Positions 39,967-54,139 of a stretch of 64,000 nt of DNA are shown in pieces; positions within the stretch are counted from its first letter, which is position 1; every line of letters starts with the position of its first letter. The notes below the pieces were generated by a model. It was not told the origin of the DNA and ran no database searches. It worked only from the letters and a program-made list of their open reading frames with translations. Origin of the DNA: Octopus sinensis (Eukaryota); contig NC_042997.1 in assembly GCF_006345805.1 (NCBI RefSeq), forward strand, positions 18,166,001 through 18,230,000, written 5' to 3'. The position numbers were made by a program, and so were the translations under genes.

Positions 39967-40699
39967 AGACATTAATGTGCACAATTCGTCGTTGACCTCA
40001 CACTTCTTCCATACTGATATTGTTGGGTACAATGCTAAATTGTTTGCCACCTCATCAGTTTGCTTCAGTGAATACTCATTCTTTTCTTTATCCTTAACAA
40101 TCACCGATGCACCAAACTTTTATGTTCTAAACACTAAGTGGTTTGTCCAGAGCTGTGCAGAAGTAATATAAATAAAATAATATTATCTATAATTTCTTGA
40201 TCAGGTCATCAACAGGGTGGGGGGATTTACTCACAATAGCTCTGAAGCTAACATATGAAAATAAAGGTGTCTTTGTACCCCACCACCCTTATTATAACAG
40301 AACATTCTGGTATTTTACGAAGAGATTACCATGTATTATATGGCTCACTTCTACCCATTGCTCATTAACCAAGATTTCTATGTCGTGAAGTTTTACATTG
40401 GCTAATCACTTTGTGACTAAGTTCACACTTCACACGCTTAATATTGGTCACAATATCAACAGACATACAACAGAACTGAGAAAATCTGTAATTCAAAATG
40501 GCTGATGTATTCCCATTGCGGGAAATAGAGTTTCCTTCTTAGCCTTCAACAAAGAAATATTTCAAGTATATATTTCATTAGTGTCGACAATCACAATAAA
40601 TTCATTAAGAAACTAATCTAAACCTAATTAACGAACATCCGGTCGAACACACACATAAAAACACGTACATGTGTGTTTTTGTGTGTGTGTGTATTTCCA

Positions 40700-40735
<36 letters not shown>

Positions 40736-41181
40736 ATACGTACATAATTATACATATATATGTGTATGTGTGTATATATTATATATATATCTGTATTATG
40801 TATGTATATAATAGTCTGAGAATCCAGAGGTCAGAGAATTATGCACTTATACGTTTATCAATGGAGTTGGTATATTAATCAAGTTATGCGGTATTGTAGA
40901 TCCATTTCAGTCGATCTTACTGATCAGTTTCGTACCTGGTATTTGTTAACAGTTATTATATCAGAGCACGGATAAGTAACACGACGTGTTCTTCAGAGAT
41001 GGCATGTATGGTAAATAAATAACTGGTCTGTATTACTGGAGGTGAAAAATATCACATCCGGTTTGTAGGTGCCATGAAGAAAGACGAAATGCAGTCGTGG
41101 GAAGCCTCAGAGTATGAGAGATTCAAGAGTTTGTTAAAAATAGATGCAATGAGATTAGGGATCCTTAGTAGTGTTTGTTTA

Positions 41182-41590
41182 ACATACGTGTCGGGGCTTT
41201 TGGGGGGATTGAAGTGTTGGACTGGTGCCCGAGCCTCTACGCCCAAGTTTTGGGCACCTATGTGTGTTCATTTCAGTATGTTTTGCTTTTTAGGATATGA
41301 AGGTGGGAGGGCCAAAGGCAGAGAACCCGTGCACACATAGGTTGAATACATATACACATGCTTGTAGGTATGTATAGAATTAGTTGTGTAAGGATATGTT
41401 TACATGTGCCTAGTTGGATACAGGCATGAGCATTTGTATATATATATATTCTTATGTCTATACCTATATGTATTTGTTTATATTTGATTATATATACGAA
41501 TACACACGGAAGTGTGTGTGTGTCTGTCTGTATGTTTGTATGTATATATATATGTATATTGATGTCTTTATATACATATATACATATATA
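41182..41590 (+). repeat. ~420-bp direct duplication, copy 2
   Basis: Highly similar to 39552-39966. Confidence 0.9.
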
Positions 41591-41652
41591 TACATAGATA
41601 CATATATACATACATACATATATACATACACACACACACACACACACACACA

Positions 41653-41708
<56 letters not shown>

Positions 41709-41719
41709 CTGTATCTCTA

Positions 41720-42100
41720 GATTCTGACATTATTATTCTTCGACGACATATTCGTAAATTTAAATCTTTCCCCTCGAGCACCCTTCCAGGGAAAAGAGAA
41801 AGAAAGGAAGAAATGTCATGAGAAATAGTTTGCAGAAAGAAATTAGCAAATAGTTGAAAACAAAGTTGGAGCCTGTTGGCAAGACCCATTTCAACAATTC
41901 CGACATAAGACGGGGAAGAGGTATCTGACCCAAATTCTCTAAAAGGATGTCTATGATAAGGATTTTTATTTCCTTACAAAACTACAGTTCTTTGTCAAGC
42001 TCTTGCTGCCTGCCTTACGGGGTTCTGAACCGAACAAGAATAAAGAACTCTTTAAGAGTGGTAAATTCCTTAAATGCAATGCTTGTGTATGAAAGGTTAT
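41720..42100 (-). pseudogene. Possible degraded Penelope-like RT fragment
   Basis: Frameshifted minus-strand segments in PLE RT order: CSF..KSL..DI, GL(P)TGS...LFANFF, YEYVVE (YVDD-like). Confidence 0.35.
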
Positions 42101-42547
42101 GTAGCATACTCCCTGATTTGGAAGATACGACACAGTTATGTCACTTTTATCTTCATTAAGTGGCATTGAACACAAACAACAGAATTCAGTGACAATCTGA
42201 AATTAAACAAGTAAATAAAAATAGCATCTGTTTCTCTATCTATTTATTATTTGTATATTTATTTACTTTCTATTAGGTGTGGCAAGGACTGATGGAAACG
42301 GAGAGACCTGCATGGGATGTGGGTGAAGAAAATTTCAGTTATCTCAAATATTCGATTCTATGTGCATATGTGTGAGTGTGTATGTGAGTGTGCTTGTGTA
42401 TAAGCATGCATATATGTATATACACATATATGTATATACACATATATGTATATATGCATACAGTATATATACATATATATATACATATATAAGTAAACAT
42501 ATAATCATATATGTGTTTACGAGCGCGCACACTTACATATGTATGTT

Positions 42548-42608
<61 letters not shown>

Positions 42609-43608
42609 CATATGTATAATGTACATAAATGCACATTTGATGGAATATTTGAGATAACTGACTTCTCTTCCATCCCCCTCTCTGTGCTACTCTTTCAATT
42701 TCATCGGTGACACAATGTAACCTTGATAGCTGATGGCTGAAGGCAGATTGAATCAGCATGGGGCTATAGGTAAGGCATCAGTGAGGTAAAAAATATAAAA
42801 TAAAATAAGTTTTCTGTCTAGTTGGCTGCAAGACCAATGAGATTCAAGTTGTTTTGCATCTATCTTTGTCATTTATTTTCGTTAATGTTCTGTGCTGTTT
42901 TGTTTCAATTCGACCAGATGACAGTTTGGTTGCCGATGTGTATTGAATAAGAGAAAAACAGGAAATAAAAAAAAAACAAAAAGCAAAATTCTCACGATAA
43001 ACAAAAAATAAAAGAACTCATTAAGTTGTTCTGCATTTGAATGAATGATTGCAGATATTTTGGTGAAAATGAAATGGAAAGGGAATAAAAGACGATTTAG
43101 CAATGTTCATTTTATTCCTAGATATTTATTTGTATTTTCAACCCATTTTCATGTAAGTATTCTAAAGTTGTTATTATTTAGAGCTAAAGAATATAAGACA
43201 TTATAAAAGTAAAGACACTTTTACTCTGTGCAAGCACATAAGTACATGATATATACACATTTGTACATACTAAACACACACACATAAATGTATACAAATA
43301 TACATATATACACACATATAAATACACTTATATAAATCGTTTGGCAGAAGTGTGAGAGCATCTGATCAAATGCATTATAATTTTTGTCAGCACTGAAGTA
43401 AAAGTTGCTATGTGTAATTTGTGTCGATAAATAAAGTCCCTGCGCAAAGATTCTGTCCCTCCAGCAGTCGCATTCTCGATATTTCATAGACTCAATAGCA
43501 AGAGAACAAAGAAAATAACTGTCTAGCCATGACTACATGAACGCGTAAACTTATCAGTGAAAGAATGATTCATAATATCTAATCTTCTTTGATTGCCAGT
43601 GACAAATA

Positions 43609-44880
43609 TCCATCCATCCATCCATGCATCCATCTATCTTCTTCACCCGCTATTCCCGGGAGGGTCATACAGATAAGAGTCCTCATGCACCTCCTCAGTT
43701 GAGTCCGATCAGAAGGAACTGTTATTACATTTTCCGGCTGGATTCCCATGTGTGGCCAACTGAGATTATAGATATTATCCAATCATCTCATTCATGGGTT
43801 ACCTCTAAGTCTCCTACCAGTTGCCTCTGTTTGAAAGATCTACCATGTAATTCTTTCAGGAGGCATACAAATTACATGTCCTTAGTACCAGACCTGTAAT
43901 CTCTCAGCGCGGAGAAGGGGTTAGACATGGAGAGGTACCTTGATCTCTGAACTACGTATCCTGTAGAATAACGTTACTCTAGAAATCCGGCGGAAAAACC
44001 ACATTTCGGCCGTTTGTATTCATGATTGTACTTTTTCTCTCCTGTACCCGGTAGCGCCATGTGGTCTGCTAACATAAACCGACCGAATGTATACCTACCA
44101 GTTGTGACATAACTTCCACAACGGCTGCGAATGTCAGTCCTATTCATACAAAATATGAAAAGAGAGGTGACAATACGCATCCCTGTCGAACACTCACGTT
44201 GAAATATTTCTACTTAGCACCATTTACTTGAAAACAAACAGCTGGTCATTCGTACAGGGATTTCACGGCAGCCATAAATTGTCCATTAATCCCGAACTCA
44301 TGTAAAACTCTCCACAGCATGGTACATAGCGATATGCTTTTTCAAGGGAAATATCCCCACGATTTCTCGAAGATCTGTCATAGAATGAATATCGAGTCGG
44401 TTGTACCGCGTCTAGGACGGAAGCCGCACTATTTTCCGGCTAGCTTGGACTCGACGATTTTTCTACATTTCTTTCCCAGACACCTAGCGTGGACATTGCC
44501 AGAGATGGTCACCAAGAAAATTCCTCTATAATGAGAGCGTCCTCTCTTGTTTACTTTGTTAAACAATGGAACCATTACTCCTATTTGCTACTGCTTTGGC
44601 GTCTTTCCAGAGGTTCAAACTATCTGACATGTGTGAGTTACCCAGTTAATACCTTCGCCTTAAAGGCTTCTTACATCCCAATTTGAATTTCCTCTTCCCC
44701 AGTGGCCTGACCACATTCGAGCACTTTAACCGCCTCTATGGCTTCAGCCATTGTGAGATTATTCATCGCTCCTGCATGCAATTCGTGTCCACAAGATTTT
44801 GTTGTGACTGATTTGGAAGATAATCAAAGTATTCTCTCCCAAGGATGCTCGTAGTACAGAGAACTTCATCCGAATTCTTA
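43609..44880 (-). mobile_element. 5'-truncated, internally deleted RTE-clade LINE (Expander/Rex3-like)
   Basis: Minus strand reads VMVPLFNK...HYRGIFLVTISGNVHARCL...CGFRPRRGTTDSIFIL*QIFEKSW; 3' (GATG)n tail at 43609-43635. Confidence 0.85.
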
Positions 44881-46151
44881 AAGGCAAGTGAGAAAGAGGG
44901 CTATACATACACATGCACATATATACAATGTATTCATATTTTTTTTTATATAATCTGGTGTAGGCAATTAAAGTAGTATGTGACATATATTATGTATATA
45001 CACTGATGACAGGAAAGTTACTGTGATTTTCCTCGAGACAAAATCTCATATGGATGTGCTGTGCTTGAAAGCAATATATATCAAAGGAAAACGAAAGATC
45101 ATCCTGCCAGATGCCAGCAAGAACACTAGATGCATTTCGGTCATATTGGGTCTTGTCAACGACGCATATTCGCTGCCAAACACAAGATGTACTGCAAGGT
45201 TAGCTGCGAGTATATGTCACTGACAAAGCCCCAAAAGGCAGACACCCGTTTAAGCATTTATGGAGTCACTGCAACATCAATGCACATCTCACTATCAGCC
45301 ATATACTGTGTTTTTAGCACAAATTTACGAAGATATTTTATCTCAGACAATTCCTGGGTATTATGCCTTCTAACGGTGTGTATATATTTAGTAAGGTTCA
45401 CAGTTGGTTATATACATATATTTATGTATACATATATATATATATATGTGTGTGTATGTATGTGTATTTGTATGTATTTGTTTGCGTATATATATATATA
45501 TATACATATGTCTTTCTATCTACATATTTATCTACGTATCTCCCTCAAAATAGATAGGATTACATGCATGTATGTATGTTGACGCACATCAGTTGAATCA
45601 TGACATGCTTCTCATAAGCCAAAAATTTCATATTTTAGTTTTCTCTTATAGTATTTAAATAAATTACCCGAATTAAAAGATCAATTTCTATAGTAAGCGG
45701 GTGTTTGTAAAATAAGCTGTGCAATAAATGTAACGCCACCAAACATTGTTTAGCTTTTTTATGAGTTCATATTGTTAAATAGGAGTGAATTTGCCATTAA
45801 CTCACCTGATTTACGAGTGGTTACGATCTTCTTCTTTCTTCTTTGTAGTCTCAGCTCAGGGCTGCGGACATGCTGGAGCCCCGCTGTTAAACAAGATTTA
45901 TGCAGATAAATCTCTCCCCAAACCGCAGTGTATTGCTTTAAAAGCGGATACAATGGATAGTTCACTATCTCTGAATAACAAGTAGGAGGATCGTGCTGGA
46001 ATGAATATGATCATGGGTCAGCTTCATTAGGGTCGAGCATGATAATAAAGTTGAGAAATAGTAGTTATTGAGAAATAGCAGAGAAATAGTAGTTAATAGT
46101 AGGAAATGATTTAAATAAGTTTCGCTACAGGCGCACACTTTTATTCATGTA

Positions 46152-46663
46152 CCGTAAATCCTCGAGTATAATCTGCATTTTTTCCCCAAAATTTAAAGGT
46201 CAAAATCCCTAGTGCGTACTATATACGAGGTTAAAAATGAAAATTATTTTCTAAGCAATGTCTGAGTCTCTATTTGCTGTCCGGCAATATTTATTCAGAC
46301 ACATTTTGTGATGTCGGGCGGGAAAATACCTTAAGCTAAGCCTGAAAGCAATGAAGTCATAAAAGAATCATCTATAACTTGCAGTAAGCAACATTTATTA
46401 AATATTATTACCGTTATTTTTTTATTTTCTGCAAACAAAATACACACAAAAGCTACACGTTTGCATTATGTTATATATATAATAATAATAAAGGACGTTA
46501 CCGTATACATTTTTACAAACCAAGGATGTTATACACACTTCCTTGGCTCAAGTTAAAGAACGGGTGCGTATTATACACAAGGTTTAGGTTTTTCAGAAGT
46601 ACAGCCCCCTAAAAATCCCCTGCGTATTATACTCAAAGGCGGACTATACTCGAGGATTTACGG
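46152..46663. mobile_element. Tc2/pogo-like MITE
   Basis: TIRs CCGTAAATCCTCGAGTATA / TATACTCGAGGATTTACGG, TA TSD, subterminal repeats tgcgta(c/t)tata. Confidence 0.9.
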
Positions 46664-47454
46664 TATACAGCGAATCCTCAATTAGGACTGTTAGGGTTAA
46701 AAAAAAACGTCTCACTGATAGGACATAGTAATTTACAAGATATAAGATACATTAGCAATTGGTTCAAAAACTTCCAAAAGATTTGACTGAATTCTTTTCT
46801 TATATAAATATAGTTCTTTTAATATTTTTAAGGATAGTGAAAATGTGGTGACAATTCATTCCGAGAAAACTTCTTAAGCCGAGTATTTTGAATCAAATTT
46901 TTGTCTTTTCTCCTTTCCTCCACTCTCATTTGCCTAAAGCAGGAAAGTTCTTTGTTCAAGTTTCACCAAACTTGCATGCGTCAATCGATGCTAAAGTCGA
47001 CACTCATTATTGCTTGAACTTTGCAATTTCATGAAACCTCGTATCAATTTCTTCATTTCATTTGTTAATTTTTTTTCGACTTCTTGATCGCTTCCTCCTA
47101 TGCATCCTATCGATCCATATCAATAAGATTGTGTTTCTTGTCATAATCTTTTTACTGAATTTTTTTTTAAGAATTCAGAAAATTTTTCTGCTGCATTTTT
47201 TTTTATATACTTGCAGCTTCGCCTGTTATAACAATACGAATTCCTGTTTGAGTTTTGACTCTGGTAAATCCAACTGAGATAGCAATGAAAGTGTTTTTCT
47301 CCCCTTCCTGCTGGAATATTTCTTCCATAAATTTATCTTTAATTGTAGGAAAACGCTTAAAATAATAATCCTAATGCATAAGGAAATTGATTCTGGGTTG
47401 CATTCTTTACGCCACAAATACACAAGAACCACCATATTGCTTCTATTCTTTTTT

Positions 47455-47576
47455 ATCTTTTACTTGTTTCAGTCATTTATTTAACTGCGGCCATGCTGGG
47501 GCCTGCAGGGTCTAACGAATCGACCCTGTACTTGCCTTCAAAAGCCTGTACCTGTTCTATCGTTCTCTTTTTGCCG

Positions 47577-47633
<57 letters not shown>

Positions 47634-47812
47634 ATATACACGCGACGGGTTTTTTTCAGTTTCCGTCTACCAAATCTACTCTCAAGGTATTGGCCGGCCC
47701 GAGGCTAAAGAAGAAACACTTGCCTAAAGTTTTCTGCCGTAGGATTGAGCCTGTTGAGCCTTCAACCGTGTGATTAGGAAGGAAACGTTTTACCATACAG
47801 CCACGCTTGCGT
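47455..47812 (-). mobile_element. SINE family 1 (diverged, with TA expansion)
   Basis: Reverse complement similar to both ends of family 1. Confidence 0.7.
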
Positions 47813-47878
47813 CTTGTTTGCGTAGCTGAAGTAATTTGAACATTACTTTTTTTCCTTGCAGTCATTTATGTTGCTTAT

Positions 47879-48266
47879 GTGGAGGCGCAATGGCCCAGTG
47901 GTTAGGGCAGCGGACTCGCGGTCATAGGATCGCGGTCTCGATTCCCAGACCGGGCGTTGTGAGTGTTTATTGAGCGAAAACACCTAAAGCTCCACGAGGC
48001 TCCGGCAGGGGATGGTGGTGATCCCTGCTGTACTCTTTCACCACAACTTTCTCTCACTCTTACTTCCTGTTTCTGTTGTACCTGTATTTCAAAGGGCCGG
48101 CCTTGTCACACTCTGTGTCACGCTGAATATCCCCGAGAACTACGTTAAGGGTACACGTGTCTGTGGAGTGCTCAGCCACTTACACGTTAATTTCACGAGC
48201 AGGCTGTTCCGTTGATTCGGATCAACCGGAACCCTCGTCGTCGTAACCGACGGAGTGCTTCCACAC
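47879..48266 (+). mobile_element. Full-length SINE family 2
   Basis: tRNA-like head; perfect 12-bp TSD tatgttgcttat at 47867-47878 and 48267-48278. Confidence 0.92.
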
Positions 48267-48702
48267 TATGTTGCTTATACTTGTTTATAGTGTCGTTTCA
48301 TTTCTTCCGAAGTCTTACTCTGTTTTTTTGCTTGATGTCACCGCGGTTAGGTCTTTTTACGACATCCAGTTCGTCGTCGAGAGCTAACACTTCCTTCTAA
48401 ACGCATGCACATGTTTTGCTAGAATCCTTTCATTTATATTTATTGAAGCGAAGTTGAATATGTTATTTAGTTGAGGTGACGAAATACTATCGCAATATGA
48501 CACTAAAGTCTTGTCATGACGCGTCGTTATCAAAACAAGTACTAATTTGATGTCTGAGAATAATTTTCTACACAACGTTTCAAAATATCAACTTGCTTAA
48601 TAAAAGTTTTGTTTTCTTGGGGAAGTGGGAATGTTTTGTCAGTTTATAAACTGAGCATACGTATATACATACATACGTACATACGTGCGTGTGGTGTGGT
48701 GT

Positions 48703-48765
<63 letters not shown>

Positions 48766-48834
48766 CTGCATGCATTGTTGAAATCAATAAATTCAATCAG
48801 GGAACACGTTTCATGTTTCCATTTAGATAAAAAA

Positions 48835-49180
48835 AAAGGTAAAATGTTGAAGCTTCCACACATAGTATCAGCGTCGCTCCAGCTAGAAAGGATCATTACC
48901 TCTGAAGCAACTTAACTAATCATGCTGTACCTTACAGTAACCTTGGGGGAGCGTATTGACCAAATCAATAAAATGAATCGTGCGAAGTACCACAAACTGG
49001 TAGAGAAGTGGCAGAACGGAAGATAGAAAGCACAGGGAGTGGGTTGTAGAGGTTTTGCAGAATGCTAACTCAGCGAGGTCTTCAAACCATTCAGTCTGGA
49101 AGTGAAACTACGAAGAAATTGTGAGAATGTCAGAAGGCGAAAGACCCGAGCCACTTGATGATCCCAAGTTATATTACCAC
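48835..49180 (+). pseudogene. Restriction-like endonuclease (RLE) fragment of a HERO/R2-group non-LTR element
   Basis: LPHIVSASLQLERIITSEAT*LIMLYLTVTLGERI...RAKYHKLV...VGCRGF matches the RPD...ELTVPWE...KY...EVGCRGF pattern. Confidence 0.65.
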
Positions 49181-51033
49181 TGGCCCATCCCAGTTCATCT
49201 AGAAATTGTAACATGCACGCTAGTGAACAATCTCTGCCAAGGCTTCCATAAGAAACAGGAATGACAGAACCAGGTATAATAATATTTAAAAAAAACAAGT
49301 CTAATCAGAATATTATAAGCCACAAGCTGGCAGAGATACTGGGAAAATATGTAAAACCCTCAGCGTGTAATAAGATCCACATATGCAGCACCGTCCATGC
49401 TTACATCCATATGTACATATGCACATGCACACACGCACACACGCACGCACACACACACACAAACACACAGAAGAAGTGATAAATGCACACAGCTAGACAA
49501 ATTTGCGTACACACAAATCTACCCTGTTTGATGTTGTTTAAATTCCAACGACATCGTTGTTCTTGGTTAAAAACCGACTGTTTGTTAGTGAGAAATTCGA
49601 AAAATAAAGCATGCACATCCATCCGTACATCGATACCTACAAACATACGAACATGCATGCATGCATACATACATGCAGAATTTGACGGTGTTTATACGTG
49701 AAAAGTTCAATAGAAAATATGGAAAGGTATAAGGACGTGTTTGATAAGGTGGGCTGGTGGGTAAACCAACCTTTATATTGTCGCAGTATTTGGAATGTCG
49801 TCTTTGAAATGGAAAGGATTGTCATTGTATGGCTGCTTAAGAATTCCTAAAATTGTATATAAAATATAATTGTATATAGAGATTCTACAAAAGGTATGTA
49901 GTTAGGGTTGTTTTGACTCCTGGAAATTGATGAATATTATTAATTGAGCTGCTGGTCAGGAAAAGGTGAAACGAATTGCAAGCTGTGATTGTGAAAGGAG
50001 TGCCAGCATATGTTTGTGTGCTTTTGTGTATGTGTGTGTGTCTATATGTATGTGCATGTGTGTGTGTGTATGTGGATAGATAGCTGGATGTGTGGAGGGA
50101 TAGTTTTGCGTTTGTATAGTGTGTGTGCGTGTATGCATTCTGGTGAGAACTTCCGTAGAATAAATAGGCTAACCTTCTAAAATAAATTGTATATACATTC
50201 CAAAGCTAGTAGATTGTCATGTATGCCTTAATACACGAGATACAACAAAAGGAATATAACAATGAAGCACTCACAAAAACAAGACACTAAAATAGATAAC
50301 TTAGGAGTCTACATTTTCGGAAAAACAGCTAAAACTAAAAATATATCAATAAAAATAGGAACTCAAAATTTAAAGAATATAAAAAAGAATAATTGTAAAA
50401 TACATATGAAAATATAAACAAAACTCAGCATACTTCAGTATATAGGTGTGTGAGTTTGTGTGTGTATGTATTGAGAATCCTAGTATCCTCCATACGGGTC
50501 ACAAGTTCCATCGAGTGCCACTTTTAGATAGACTTAACTCTTGGCCTATTTGCGTATTGCAGACCATTTGTTTGCAGACGTGGTATCGCTAAAAAATGCT
50601 AATTATAGAGCGTATCTAGCGTAACTATTAGCTTATCTACTTCCTGATGGGTTGATGATAAAGTGCATTGGTCTTGCCAGCATACAACACACGTAATAAT
50701 ACTACTGCTCAGTACAATTAGCATTTTGTTAACAGTATTCTGCATCGTTGTCTCGACGGTCGTTTACTGAACTCACTACGTAATCTTCGGAAACCTTCCT
50801 AAATTCGACGATCGTGACAAGTGACTCACTTTTCGATAGTCTCTTCTTGAATTGAATGCATTGTGAAAATCATGTTTTTTTTCTAGACGTAAAATCTACT
50901 CTGGCTTTCAAAAAGAATTTACTAGAGCACTTTTGTAGTTCATATTGTCTAAATCTACCTTTCCAGTTTTTACCACGCCTTCTTTCAGTTTAATAACGTA
51001 TATGTATGTATATACGTGCGAGTGTGTGTGTGT

Positions 51034-51082
<49 letters not shown>

Positions 51083-52445
51083 CATAGAAACACACATATG
51101 CGAATATCTATTCAAGTTTTAGAAGTAAATCCTAGTACATGCAACCTAGCTCAGAGCGCAAAGACACTTTCAGGTGATACAGGTTCAGATTAATAATACG
51201 GACTACTGCATTCTATCAAATATTCAAAGTGTAGCAGGTTTTCTACAGACGCATCTACAGAGAATTGTAGATTCGATTCTCACTGAATGTTCACTTTTAA
51301 TTTCGTTTCCTATGTGTCTTTTAGGCCTACATTCACATTTTAAAATATAGAACTAAATATAAATTAAAAGGACGCTAGCCAGTCACAGGATATATCTTCA
51401 GACGTCTTAGCCTTTCTCTTTTCAGTTAGTAACGGTGAAGCATAATGAGTACTTGATACTTAAAACGTATTATCAGAATTTCCTAGTTGAATAGTTAGCT
51501 GAAAGAAATGCGTCTACCTGAGGAAAGTGTTGCCCGAATTATATTTTCCAAATAATACATCCGATACTGGTATGATAATGGAAAACTGGATATAATTAAA
51601 CTTCTGCTTTTTATTCGTTTTCTTTTGACTTTCGAAACTGTTTTGTCTCAAAAATGTGATAAGAAATTTGGATTTGTATTTGATTGGCAAGTAATTTAAT
51701 ATCAGATAGTGAGTTAAAACTGAAATAACTGCGTCGCGGCAGAGCCATGATATCCATTTAAATTACACATACAGTGTTACATCGAATTTCGTTTTCATTT
51801 GCAATGACACGTTATTCCAAAATGATATTAAATTGAGTATAATCGTAAATACGTACTTGATAGTTATCTAACTCAATCACCGCATGAGTTTAAATCTTAA
51901 CCCATCAGTAAAGAAAAAGGAAGAAATAATTTTGAAAGGAACTTGTTTTTAATACATTTTAAAACGTAAAATGTTTTAGTATCTGATTTTTTATATCTTT
52001 GGATAAACCTGATGTAAATCTTTTCCTATCATGGAGATGTTTTCGTATATCTTTTCATATCGTGTTTAATGTTTAGTTGGATCGGGGGGTGAATTCAATA
52101 CTGATTTCCAGCATGCATACAAGTCCTCTAGTTAGAATTTAGATTGGGTAGTGGGCAATATAGAGAAATAAGGTCAGCAGGTGACAACAACTGTGAAAAA
52201 TGATTGAGATGAGTAGAAAAGACGGTGCTGGATTTCCACGGGGCATATGTTAACTAAATAAATTGTGGACACAAATTGGCAGGGAAAAATTAACTAAAGT
52301 AAAACAAAATAGAACAAGCAAACATTAATAATGAGATAACGATAAAATATTAATGAATCAATTACTCGTACTTAAAATAATGACAGTTATGAAACAGAAA
52401 TTATAATAAGATTAAAAATAAAAGTAACAACAACAATGAAAAACA

Positions 52446-52993
52446 TAAAAGGCATCGGAGAGGTAATGCATACCCTGCGCGGCAGATAAATTTTTTTCAC
52501 GAATTATAGTGTGGTTTATAATGCGTGGCTTACCCATGCTTTCTAATTTAACTGAATTATTTATTATGTTTTTTAAAATATCACCATTATAGGTATTTAT
52601 ACTCCGCTGAAATTAAGAAATCAACTCATAAGTAAACGAAACCCTCGAATGTGGCATATGTATGTATGTATGTAAGTACACGTGTCTATGCCCATAAGTA
52701 CATCATGGTCTATACATACGCAGGCGAGGGTTGATTCATATGAAAAAGAAAGTGAACAAAATATGAGCACTTGCTTATTAGTAAATTTGTAAGTTCAATT
52801 TCTAATTTTTTCCTTTTTTAAAAGATGATCAAACCAAATGTTCATTCTTTCGAGCCACTCACCCAATGAATATTTCTGCCAAATGTGGTGAAAATCCGTC
52901 CAGTCGTTTTCCAGTAATTTTGCTAACACACAGACAAGCAGACAAAGACGAATGATTACAATAACCTGCTTTCGCTTACGCGCGCAGGGTATT
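52446..52993 (-). mobile_element. Helentron-associated (HINE/DINE-1-like) non-autonomous element
   Basis: Sub-terminal inverted repeats taccctgcgcg (52471) / cgcgcagggta (52981-52991), terminal gcat...atgc hairpin, (CAGA)-like tract. Confidence 0.55.
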
Positions 52994-54108
52994 TAATACT
53001 AATCATAATAAAATAATTTCTATCTTAGTCACACGGGCTCAAAATATAGAATCCAAACCAATGAAGAATAACGAAAATTGGTTTACAATACGTATGATGG
53101 GTGTATTGGACAAAGTTATATAAAAATTTAGGGAGGAAAGCAAAAGTTATATAATAGAGGGATTAAAAAGGTAATAATCTATGAAATAAATATAAAAACA
53201 ATATAAAAAAGAACAAATATATAAATAGTATAAAACCCAATAACTGAAACAAGATATAATTAAAATTTGAAAATCATGTAAAACATTTATGGTTAACCGC
53301 CCACCCTTCTGTAGGAGCCCTTTAACTGAGTTAGACCAGAACACTCCATAATCTGCCCATCACATTTGATGTACCCAAAGTATCTGCTAATATTAAGAAT
53401 ATCGTGACCTTTTAGGGTTTTGCCTTTATTTATTCATAAATCCGTGGTGAGCAATTTACAGGCACTTTGTCATTTGCATGTCCAAGGGAAACTTTTGAAA
53501 TTATTTTTAATGTTTTTATATGCATGTCTACTGTGTGTTGGTTTCTCTGACGCAATACTGTGAAAAAGGTACCTCGTTACATCGCTTTTTCTTGAGGTTA
53601 ATTTTTCTTATTTCACTTTCTTTTTACCACCAACAATTTTTAATAATGCTTCCTCTTTATTCTCCTTCAGCTCATAACAGGTCAACGGTGTATTATTGTT
53701 AGTTGCTATGGTCATAAGACTGGATGTTTGCCCACTTGTTTCTTAAACCGAGTACGCCCTCCAGAATTTTTAGAGTTGAGACTGATGGTACTTCAGAAGC
53801 CAAAACTCGCTGGTTTGCTTACTTCAGCTGCTCCTGATATTTTCTCCTTGCCTCCTCATTTTTAACCGTTTTAGTTATTCATAGCAAAAGATACTCGAAT
53901 GGATTTTATTATCACACGTATAACAACTATGTCTTTTGCTCTCTGTACCATCACTCTCATGCCTTCTGTCTCGGTGTCCTGAACCAGTTACAACACTATT
54001 ATGACCTTTTCCTTTAGCTCATACTTTAACCCACCTCTTCAACTTGCTCCACGTACAACCATTATTTATCTATGTATGTATCTCAATTTTTCTCTCTCCT
54101 TCTCTCGC

Positions 54109-54137
<29 letters not shown>

Positions 54138-54139
<2 letters not shown>

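Noticed and set aside
47190-47270. Candidate exon after a tttttttatatacttgcag acceptor
   Set aside because: Short, with no recognisable homology; such motifs are expected by chance in AT-rich DNA.
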